Assembly (NCBI GenBank): GCA_051362555.1
Contig: CM120640.1
Coordinates: forward strand, 29,102,503-29,166,502
Length of the DNA stretch: 64,000 nucleotides
Source of the DNA: Lingula anatina
Lineage: Eukaryota; Animalia; Brachiopoda
Direction: 5' to 3'
Under the pieces are notes generated by a model. That model made no database searches. It was not told the DNA's origin and worked only from the letters and a program-made list of their open reading frames with translations. Of this stretch, positions 52,001 through 64,000 are shown piece by piece (within the stretch, counting starts at the first letter, position 1; every line of letters begins with the position of its first letter). The position numbers were made by a program, and so were the translations under genes.

Positions 52001-55000
52001 AAGATCCCATTCTTTACTCCCTCTCTAGTCATCAACCGGCTTTCGGCCATTTTGCTGTACTGACAATAGTTAAATAGGTGCAAAATATATATTTTGGCTT
52101 ACTTTCCTGTTTTGATGAGTTTATTTCAGTAATATAGGGAATTATAAACTTATGTAACCAAATTCATGAATATGTGACCCAAATTAATTAAAATTATTAA
52201 CAAAATACTTCTCAACCCCCCCCTCAAATGTTGTAAGTTTACATAGCTCCACATAGCATATACTTGAGTGACTTTTATTGAACGAAAAACTTTTATATAA
52301 ATTTTATATAAATAAGTAATATAGCCTTTCCCTAACCTCTAAAAACAGTCTTATTAAAAGAGAATGATAATTTTAGTAAAATATTAAAGATCCAATTTTT
52401 TACTCCCTCTCTAGTCATCTACTGGCTTTCGGCCATTTTGCTATACTGACAATAGTTAAATGAGTGCAAAATATATTTTTGGCTTACTTTCCTCTTTTGA
52501 TAAGATTATTTCAGTAATATAGGGAATTATAAACTTGTGTAACCAAATTCATGAATATGAGACCCAAATTAATTAAAATTATTAACAAAATGCTTCTCAA
52601 CCCCCCCCCCTCAAATGTTATAAGTTTACATAGCTTCACATAGCATATACTTGAGTGACTTTTCTTGAACGAAAAAAATTTGTATAAATTTTATAGAAAT
52701 AAGTAATATAGCCTTCCCCTAACCTCTAAAAACAGTCTTATTAAAAGAAAATGATAATTTAAGTAAAATATTAAAGATCCAATTTTTTACTCCCTCTCTA
52801 GTCATCTACTGGCTTTCGGCCATTTTGCTATACTGACAATAGTTAAATGAGTGCAAAATATATTTTTGGCTTACTTTCCTCTTTTGATAAGATTATTTCA
52901 GTAATATAGGGAATTATAAACTTGTGTAACCAAATTCATGAATATGAGACCCAAATTAATTAAAATTATTAACAAAATGCTTCTCAACCCCCCCCCCCCT
53001 TAAATGTTATAAGTTTACATAGCTTCACATAGCATATACTTGAGTGACTTCTTGAACGAAAAAAATTTGTATAAATTTTATAGAAATAAGTAATATAGCC
53101 TTTCCCTAACCTCCAAAAACAGTCTTACTAAAAGAAAATGATAATTTTAGTAAAATATTAAAGATCCCATTTTTACTCCCTCTCTAGTCACCAACTGGCT
53201 TTCGGCCATTTTCCTATACTGACAATAGTTAAATAGGTGCAAAATATATATTTTGGCTTAGTTTCCTGTTTTGATGAGTTTATTTCAGTAATATAGGGAA
53301 TTATAAACTTATGTAACCAAATTCATGAATATGTGACCCAAATTAATTAAAATTATTAACAAAATACTTCTCAACCCCCCCCTCAAATGTTGTAAGTTTA
53401 CATAGCTCCACATTGCATATACTTGAGTGACTTTTCTTGAACGAAAAAATTTTATATAAATTTTATAGAAATAAGTAATATAGCCTTTCCATAACCTCCA
53501 AAAACAGTCTTATTAAAAGAAAATGATAATTTTAGTAAAATATTAAAGATCCCATTCTTTATCCCCTCTCTAGTCATCAACTGGCTTTCGGCCATTTTGC
53601 TATACTGACAATACTTAAATGGGTGCAAAATTTATTTTTGGCTTACTTTCCTGTATTGATAAGTTTATTACAGTAATATAGTGAATTAAAAATTTGTGTA
53701 ACCAAATTCAGGAATATGTGACAAAAATTTATTAAAATTATCAACAAAATACTTCTCAACCCCCCCCCCCCCTCAAATGTTGTAAGTTTACATAGCTCCA
53801 CAAAGCATATACTTGAGTGACTTTTATTGAATGAAAAAATTTTGTATAAATTTTTTAGATAAAAGTAATATAGCCTTTCCCTAACCTACAAAAACAGTCT
53901 TGTTTTAAAAAAATGAAAATTTAAGTAAAATATTAAAGATCCCATTCTTTACCCCCTCTCTAGTCACCAACTGGCTTTCGGCCATTTTGCTATACTGTCA
54001 ATAGTTAAATAGGTGCAAAATATATTTTTGGCTTAGTTTCCTCTTTTGATCAGTTTATTTCAGTAATATAAGGGATTATAAACTTGTGTAACCAAATTCA
54101 TCAATATGAGGCCCAAATTAATTAAAATTATTAACAAAATACTTCTCAACCCCCCCCCCCTTCAAATGTTGTAAGTTAACATGGCTCCACATAGCATGTA
54201 CTTGAGTGACTTTTATTGAACGAAAAAAATTTGTATAAATTTTATAGAAATAAGTAATATAGCCTTTCCCTAACCTCCAAAAACAGTCTTATTAAAAGAA
54301 AATGATAATTTTAGTAAAATATTAAAGATCCCATTCTTTACTCCCTCTCTAGTCATCAACCGGCTTTCGGCCATTTTGCTGTACTGACAATAGTTAAATA
54401 GGTGCAAAATATATATTTTGGCTTACTTTCCTGTTTTGATGAGTTTATTTCAGTAATATAGGGAATTATAAACTTATGTAACCAAATTCATGAATATGTG
54501 ACCCAAATTAATTAAAATTATTAACAAAATACTTCTCAACCCCCCCCTCAAATGTTGTAAGTTTACATAGCTCCACATAGCATATACTTGAGTGACTTTT
54601 ATTGAACGAAAAACTTTTATATAAATTTTATATAAATAAGTAATATAGCCTTTCCCTAACCTCTAAAAACAGTCTTATTAAAAGAGAATGATAATTTTAG
54701 TAAAATATTAAAGATCCAATTTTTTACTCCCTCTCTAGTCATCTACTGGCTTTCGGCCATTTTGCTATACTGACAATAGTTAAATGAGTGCAAAATATAT
54801 TTTTGGCTTACTTTCCTCTTTTGATAAGATTATTTCAGTAATATAGGGAATTATAAACTTGTGTAACCAAATTCATGAATATGAGACCCAAATTAATTAA
54901 AATTATTAACAAAATGCTTCTCAACCCCCCCCCCCCTCTAATGTTATAAGTTTACATAGCTTCACATAGCATATACTTGAGTGACTTTTCTTGAACGAAA

Positions 55001-58000
55001 AAAATTTGTATAAATTTTATAGAAATAAGTAATATAGCCTTCCCCTAACCTCTAAAAACAGTCTTATTAAAAGAAAATGATAATTTTAGTAAAATATTAA
55101 AGATCCAATTTTTTACTCCCTCTCTAGTCATCTACTGGCTTTCGGCCATTTTGCTATACTGACAATAGTTAAATGAGTGCAAAATATATTTTTTGCTTAC
55201 TTTCCTCTTTTGATGAGATTATTTCAGTAATATAGGGAATTATAAACTTGTGTAACCAAATTCATGAATATGAGACCCAAATTAATTAAAATTATTAACA
55301 AAATGCTTCTCAACCCCCCCCCCTCAAATGTTATAAGTTTACATAGCTTCACATAGCATATACTTGAGTGACTTTTCTTGAACGAAAAAAATTTGTATAA
55401 ATTTTATAGAAATAAGTAATATAGCCTTCCCCTAACCTCTAAAAACAGTCTTATTAAAAGAAAATGATAATTTAAGTAAAATATTAAAGATCCCATTCTT
55501 TACCCCCTCTCTAGTCACCAACTGGCTTTCGGCCATTTTGCTATACTGTCAATAGTTAAATAGGTGCAAAATATATTTTTGGCTTAGTTTCCTCTTTTGA
55601 TCAGTTTATTTCAGTAATATAAGGGATTATAAACTTGTGTAACCAAATTCATCAATATGAGGCCCAAATTAATTAAAATTATTAACAAAATACTTCTCAA
55701 CCCCCCCCCCCTTCAAATGTTGTAAGTTAACATGGCTCCACATAGCATGTACTTGAGTGACTTTTATTGAACGAAAAAAATTTGTATAAATTTTATAGAA
55801 ATAAGTAATATAGCCTTTCCCTAACCTCCAAAAACAGTCTTATTAAAAGAGAATGATAATTTTAGTAAAATATTAAAGATCCCATTCTTTACTCCCTCTC
55901 TAGTCATCAACCGGCTTTCGGCCATTTTGCTGTACTGACAATAGTTAAATAGGTGCAAAATATATATTTTGGCTTACTTTCCTGTTTTGATGAGTTTATT
56001 TCAGTAATATAGGGAATTATAAACTTATGTAACCAAATTCATGAATATGTGACCCAAATTAATTAAAATTATTAACAAAATACTTCTCAACCCCCCCCTC
56101 AAATGTTGTAAGTTTACATAGCTCCACATAGCATATACTTGAGTGACTTTTATTGAACGAAAAACTTTTATATAAATTTTATATAAATAAGTAATATAGC
56201 CTTTCCCTAACCTCTAAAAACAGTCTTATTAAAAGAGAATGATAATTTTAGTAAAATATTAAAGATCCAATTTTTTACTCCCTCTCTAGTCATCTACTGG
56301 CTTTCGGCCATTTTGCTATACTGACAATAGTTAAATGAGTGCAAAATATATTTTTGGCTTACTTTCCTCTTTTGATAAGATTATTTCAGTAATATAGGGA
56401 ATTATAAACTTGTGTAACCAAATTCATGAATATGAGACCCAAATTAATTAAAATTATTAACAAAATGCTTCTCAACCCCCCCCCCTCAAATGTTATAAGT
56501 TTACATAGCTTCACATAGCATATACTTGAGTGACTTTTCTTGAACGAAAAAAATTTGTATAAATTTTATAGAAATAAGTAATATAGCCTTCCCCTAACCT
56601 CTAAAAACAGTCTTATTAAAAGAAAATGATAATTTTAGTAAAATATTAAAGATCCAATTTTTTACTCCCTCTCTAGTCATCTACTGGCTTTCGGCCATTT
56701 TGCTATACTGACAATAGTTAAATGAGTGCAAAATATATTTTTGGCTTACTTTCCTCTTTTGATGAGATTATTTCAGTAATATAGGGAATTATAAACTTGT
56801 GTAACCAAATTCATGAATATGAGACCCAAATTAATTAAAATTATTAACAAAATGCTTCTCAACCCCCCCCCCTTAAATGTTATAAGTTTACATAGCTTCA
56901 CATAGCATATACTTGAGTGACTTTTCTTGAACGAAAAAAATTTGTATAAATTTTATAGAAATAAGTAATATAGCCTTTCCCTAACCTCCAAAAACAGTCT
57001 TACTAAAAGAAAATGATAATTTTAGTAAAATATTAAAGATCCCATTTTTACTCCCTCTCTAGTCACCAACTGGCTTTCGGCCATTTTCCTATACTGACAA
57101 TAGTTAAATAGGTGCAAAATATATATTTTGGCTTAGTTTCCTGTTTTGATAACTTTATTTCAGTAATATAGGGAATTATAAACTTGTGTAACCAAATTCA
57201 TGAATATGTGACCCAAATTTATTAAAATTATTAACAAATAACTTCTCACCCCCCCCCCAAATGTTGTAAGTTTACATAGCTCCACATTGCATATACTTGA
57301 GTGACTTTTCTTGAACGAAAAAATTTTGTATAAATTTTATAGAAATAAGTAATATAGCCTTTCCATAACCTCCAAAAACAGTCTTATTAAAAGAAAATGA
57401 TAATTTTAGTAAAATATTAAAGATCCCATTCTTTACTCCCTCTCTAGTCATCTTGCTTTCGGCCATTTTGCTATACTGACAATAGTAAAATGGGTGCAAA
57501 ATATATTTTTGGCTTACTTTCCTGTTTTGGTGAGTTTATTTCAGTAATATAGTGAATTATAAATTTGTGTAACCAAATTCAGGAATATGTGACAAAAATT
57601 TATTAAAATTATCAACAAAATTCTTTTCATCCCCCGCCCCCAGGCCAAACGTTGTAAGTTTACATAGCTCCACAAAGCGTGTACTTGAGTGACTTTTATT
57701 GCACATCAAAAACTTGTATAAATTTTATAGATATTAGTAATATAGCCTTTCCCTAACCCCCAAAAACAGTCTTACTAAAAGAAAATGATAATTTTAGTAA
57801 AATATTAAAGATCCCATTCTTTATCCCCTCTCTAGTCATCAACTGGCTTTCGGCCATTTTGCTATACTGACAATACTTAAATGGGTGCAAAATATATTTT
57901 TGGCTTACTTACCTGTATTGATAAGTTTATTACAGTAATATAGTGAATTAAAAATTTGTGTAACCAAATTCAGGAATATGTGACAAAAATTTATTAAAAT

Positions 58001-61000
58001 TATCAACAAAATACTTCTCAACCCCCCTCCCCTCAAATGTTGTAAGTTTACATAGCTCCACAAAGCATATACTTGAGTGACTTTTATTGAACGAAAAAAT
58101 TTTGTATAAATTTTTTAGATAAAAGTAATATAGCCTTTCCCTAACCTACAAAAACAGTCTTGTTTTAAAAAAATGAAAATTTAAGTAAAATATTAAAGAT
58201 CCCATTCTTTACCCCCTCTCTAGTCACCAACTGGCTTTCGGCCATTTTGCTATACTGTCAATAGTTAAATAGGTGCAAAATATATTTTTGGCTTAGTTTC
58301 CTCTTTTGATCAGTTTATTTCAGTAATATAAGGAATTATAAACTTGTGTAACCAAATTCATCAATATGAGGCCCAAATTAATTAAAATTATTAACAAAAT
58401 ACTTCTCAACCCCCCCCCCCCTTCAAATGTTGTAAGTTTACATGGCTCCACATAGCATGTACTTGAGTGACTTTTATTGAACGAAAAAAATTTGTATAAA
58501 TTTTATAGAAATAAGTAATATAGCCTTTCCCTAACCTCCAAAAACAGTCTTATTAAAAGAAAATGATAATTTTAGTAAAATATTAAAGATCCCATTCTTT
58601 ACTCCCTCTCTAGTCATCAACCGGCTTTCGGCCATTTTGCTGTACTGACAATAGTTAAATAGGTGCAAAATATATATTTTGGCTTACTTTCCTGTTTTGA
58701 TGAGTTTATTTCAGTAATATAAGGAATTATAAACTTATGTAACCAAATTCATGAATATGTGACCCAAATTAATTAAAATTATTAACAAAATACTTCTCAA
58801 CCCCCCCCTCAAATGTTGTAAGTTTACATAGCTCCACATAGCATATACTTGAGTGACTTTTATTGAACGAAAAACTTCTATATAAATTTTATATAAATAA
58901 GTAATATAGCCTTTCCCTAACCTCTAAAAACAGTCTTATTAAAAGAGAATGATAATTTTAGTAAAATATTAAAGATCCAATTTTTTACTCCCTCTCTAGT
59001 CATCTACTGGCTTTCGGCCATTTTGCTATACTGACAATAGTTAAATGAGTGCAAAATATATTTTTGGCTTACTTTCCTCTTTTGATAAGATTATTTCAGT
59101 AATATAGGGAATTATAAACTTGTGTAACCAAATTCATGAATATGAGACCCAAATTAATTAAAATTATTAACAAAATGCTTCTCAACCCCCCCCCCCCTTA
59201 AATGTTATAAGTTTACATAGCTTCACATAGCATATACTTGAGTGACTTCTTGAACGAAAAAAATTTGTATAAATTTTATAGAAATAAGTAATATAGCCTT
59301 TCCCTAACCTCCAAAAACAGTCTTACTAAAAGAAAATGATAATTTTAGTAAAATATTAAAGATCCCATTTTTACTCCCTCTCTAGTCACTAACTGGCTTT
59401 CGGCCATTTTCCTATACTGACAATAGTTAAATAGGTGCAAAATATATATTTTGGCTTAGTTTCCTGTTTTGATAAGTTTATTTCAGTAATATAGGGAATT
59501 ATAAACTTATGTAACCAAATTCATGAATATGTGACCCAAATTAATTAAAATTATTAACAAAATACTTCTCAACCCCCCCCTCAAATGTTGTAAGTTTACA
59601 TAGCTCCACATTGCATATACTTGAGTGACTTTTCTTGAACGAAAAAATTTTATATAAATTTTATAGAAATAAGTAATATAGCCTTTCCATAACCTCCAAA
59701 AACAGTCTTATTAAAAGAAAATGATAATTTTAGTAAAATATTAAAGATCCCATTCTTTACTCCCTCTCTAGTCATCTTGCTTTCGGCCATTTTGCTATAC
59801 TGACAATAGTAAAATGGGTGCAAAATATATTTTTGGCTTACTTTCCTGTTTTGGTGAGTTTATTTCAGTAATATAGTGAATTATAAATTTGTGTAACCAA
59901 ATTCAGGAATATGTGACAAAAATTTATTAAAATTATCAACAAAATTCTTTTCATCCCCCGCCCCAAGGCCAAACGTTGTAAGTTTACATAGCTCCACAAA
60001 ACGTGTACTTGAGTGACTTTTATTGCACATCAAAAACTTGTATAAATTTTATAGATATTAGTAATATAGCCTTTCCCTAACCCCCAAAAACAGTCTTACT
60101 AAAAGAAAATGATAATTTTAGTAAAATATTAAAGATCCCATTCTTTATCCCCTCTCTAGTCATCAACTGGCTTTCGGCCATTTTGCTATACTGACAATAC
60201 TTAAATGGGTGCAAAATTTATTTTTGGCTTACTTTCCTGTATTGATAAGTTTATTACAGTAATATAGTGAATTAAAAATTTCTGTAACCAAATTCAGGAA
60301 TATGTGACAAAAATTTATTAAAATTATCAACAAAATACTTCTCAACCCCCCCCCCTCAAATGTTGTAAGTTTACATAGCTCCACAAAGCATATACTTGAG
60401 TGACTTTTATTGAATGAAAAAATTTTGTATAAATTTTTTAGATAAAAGTAATATAGCCTTTCCCTAACCTACAAAAACAGTCTTGTTTTAAAAAAATGAA
60501 AATTTAAGTAAAATATTAAAGATCCCATTCTTTACCCCCTCTCTAGTCACCAACTGGCTTTCGGCCATTTTGCTATACTGTCAATAGTTAAATAGGTGCA
60601 AAATATATTTTTGGCTTAGTTTCCTCTTTTGATCAGTTTATTTCAGTAATATAAGGAATTATAAACTTGTGTAACCAAATTCATCAATATGAGGCCCAAA
60701 TTAATTAAAATTATTAACAAAATACTTCTCAACCCCCCCCCCCCTTCAAATGTTTTAAGTTTACATGGCTCCACATAGCATGTACTTGAGTGACTTTTTT
60801 TGAACGAAAAAAATTTGTATAAATTTTATAGAAATAAGTAATATAGCCTTTCCCTAACCTCCAAAAACAGTCTTATTAAAAGAAAATGATAATTTTAGTA
60901 AAATATTAAAGATCCCATTCTTTACTCCCTCTCTAGTCATCAACCGGCTTTCGGCCATTTTGCTGTACTGACAATAGTTAAATAGGTGCAAAATATATAT

Positions 61001-64000
61001 TTTGGCTTACTTTCCTGTTTTGATGAGTTTATTTCAGTAATATAGGGAATTATAAACTTATGTAACCAAATTCATGAATATGTGACCCAAATTAATTAAA
61101 ATTATTAACAAAATACTTCTCAACCCCCCCCTCAAATGTTGTAAGTTTACATAGCTCCACATAGCATATACTTGAGTGACTTTTATTGAACGAAAAACTT
61201 TTATATAAATTTTATATAAATAAGTAATATAGCCTTTCCCTAACCTCTAAAAACAGTCTTATTAAAAGAGAATGATAATTTTAGTAAAATATTAAAGATC
61301 CAATTTTTTACTCCCTCTCTAGTCATCTACTGGCTTTCGGCCATTTTGCTATACTGACAATAGTTAAATGAGTGCAAAATATATTTTTGGCTTACTTTCC
61401 TCTTTTGATAAGATTATTTCAGTAATATAGGGAATTATAAACTTGTGTAACCAAATTCATGAATATGAGACCCAAATTAATTAAAATTATTAACAAAATG
61501 CTTCTCAACCCCCCCCCTCAAATGTTATAAGTTTACATAGCTTCACATAGCATATACTTGAGTGACTTTTCTTGAACGAAAAAAATTTGTATAAATTTTA
61601 TAGAAATAAGTAATATAGCCTTCCCCTAACCTCTAAAAACAGTCTTATTAAAAGAAAATGATAATTTTAGTAAAATATTAAAGATCCAATTTTTTACTCC
61701 CTCTCTAGTCATCTACTGGCTTTCGGCCATTTTGCTATACTGACAATAGTTAAATGAGTGCAAAATATATTTTTGGCTTACTTTCCTCTTTTGATAAGAT
61801 TATTTCAGTAATATAGGGAATTATAAACTTGTGTAACCAAATTCATGAATATGAGACCCAAATTAATTAAAATTATTAACAAAATGCTTCTCAACCCCCC
61901 CCCCTTAAATGTTATAAGTTTACATAGCTTCACATAGCATATACTTGAGTGACTTCTTGAACGAAAAAAATTTGTATAAATTTTATAGAAATAAGTAATA
62001 TAGCCTTTCCCTAACCTCCAAAAACAGTCTTACTAAAAGAAAATGATAATTTTAGTAAAATATTAAAGATCCCATTTTTACTCCCTCTCTAGTCACCAAC
62101 TGGCTTTCGGCCATTTTCCTATACTGACAATAGTTAAATAGGTGCAAAATATATATTTTGGCTTAGTTTCCTGTTTTGATGAGTTTATTTCAGTAATATA
62201 GGGAATTATAAACTTATGTAACCAAATTCATGAATATGTGACCCAAATTTATTAAAATTATTAACAAATAACTTCTCACCCCCCCCCCCCAAATGTTGTA
62301 AGTTTACATAGCTCCACATTGCATATACTTGAGTGACTTTTCTTGAACGAAAAAATTTTATATAAATTTTATAGAAATAAGTAATATAGCCTTTCCATAA
62401 CCTCCAAAAACAGTCTTATTAAAAGAAAATGATAATTTTAGTAAAATATTAAAGATCCCATTCTTTACTCCCTCTCTAGTCATCAACTGGCTTTCGGCCA
62501 TTTTGCTATACTGACAATAGTAAAATGGGTGCAAAATATATTTTTGGCTTACTTTCCTGTTTTGGTGAGTTTATTTCAGTAATATAGTGAATTATAAATT
62601 TGTGTAACCAAATTCAGGAATATGTGACAAAAATTTATTAAAATTATCAACAAAATTCTTTTCATCCCCCGCCCCCAGGCCAAACGTTGTAAGTTTACAT
62701 AGCTCCACAAAGCGTGTACTTGAGTGACTTTTATTGCACATCAAAAACTTGTATAAATTTTATAGATATTAGTAATATAGCCTTTCCCTAACCCCCAAAA
62801 ACAGTCTTACTAAAAGAAAATGATAATTTTAGTAAAATATTAAAGATCCCATTCTTTATCCCCTCTCTAGTCATCAACTGGCTTTCGGCCATTTTGCTAT
62901 ACTGACAATACTTAAATGGGTGCAAAATATATTTTTGGCTTACTTACCTGTATTGATAAGTTTATTACAGTAATATAGTGAATTAAAAATTTGTGTAACC
63001 AAATTCAGGAATATGTGACAAAAATTTATTAAAATTATCAACAAAATACTTCTCAACCCCCCTCCCCTCAAATGTTGTAAGTTTACATAGCTCCACAAAG
63101 CATATACTTGAGTGACTTTTATTGAACGAAAAAATTTTGTATAAATTTTTTAGATAAAAGTAATATAGCCTTTCCCTAACCTACAAAAACAGTCTTGTTT
63201 TAAAAAAATGAAAATTTAAGTAAAATATTAAAGATCCCATTCTTTACCCCCTCTCTAGTCACCAACTGGCTTTCGGCCATTTTGCTATACTGTCAATAGT
63301 TAAATAGGTGCAAAATATATTTTTGGCTTAGTTTCCTCTTTTGATCAGTTTATTTCAGTAATATAAGGAATTATAAACTTGTGTAACCAAATTCATCAAT
63401 ATGAGGCCCAAATTAATTAAAATTATTAACAAAATACTTCTCAACCCCCCCCCCCTTCAAATGTTGTAAGTTTACATGGCTCCACATAGCATGTACTTGA
63501 GTGACTTTTATTGAACGAAAAAAATTTGTATAAATTTTATAGAAATAAGTAATATAGCCTTTCCCTAACCTCCAAAAACAGTCTTATTAAAAGAAAATGA
63601 TAATTTTAGTAAAATATTAAAGATCCCATTCTTTACTCCCTCTCTAGTCATCAACCGGCTTTCGGCCATTTTGCTGTACTGACAATAGTTAAATAGGTGC
63701 AAAATATATATTTTGGCTTACTTTCCTGTTTTGATGAGTTTATTTCAGTAATATAGGGAATTATAAACTTATGTAACCAAATTCATGAATATGTGACCCA
63801 AATTAATTAAAATTATTAACAAAATACTTCTCAACCCCCCCCTCAAATGTTGTAAGTTTACATAGCTCCACATAGCATATACTTGAGTGACTTTTATTGA
63901 ACGAAAAACTTTTATATAAATTTTATATAAATAAGTAATATAGCCTTTCCCTAACCTCTAAAAACAGTCTTATTAAAAGAGAATGATAATTTTAGTAAAA
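46070..64000. repeat. AT-rich satellite array, ~388-bp monomer, ~46 copies, runs off the window end
   Basis: GCTTTCGGCCATTTT recurs at about 46600, 46993, 47383, 47769 and onward; each unit has a variable poly-C tract; the first copy is degenerate. Confidence 0.98.

Noticed and set aside
48359-57499. Identical 75-aa ORFs at 48359-48586 and 57272-57499
   Set aside because: Chance ORFs in the same satellite monomer variant.

Overview
AT-rich, intron-containing animal DNA, probably a mollusc or other lophotrochozoan. The window has five parts. (1) 1-14.5 kb: 5' half of a multi-exon RNF213/mysterin-like gene on the minus strand, with an N-terminal double zinc ribbon, a 30-bp coding minisatellite and an ISRE/TATA promoter. 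(2) 14.6-24.4 kb: a 7.4-kb foldback-like composite insertion filled with piggyBac, Kolobok and Harbinger-like elements, which appears to split an apolipoprotein-L-like pseudogene fragment, followed by a second copy of the RNF213 promoter, exon 1 and part of exon 2 with extra ISRE and kB-like sites. (3) 25.8-29.8 kb: a decayed KolobokP-type DNA transposon with TTAA TSD, terminal direct repeats, a broken DDE transposase and an intact convergent His-Me finger nuclease ORF. (4) 30-41.3 kb: a plus-strand SPRYD3-like gene with four SPRY modules and a C-terminal polybasic-CaaX signal. (5) ~46-64 kb: a ~388-bp satellite array with visible higher-order structure. All calls were made by eye and exon boundaries are approximate.
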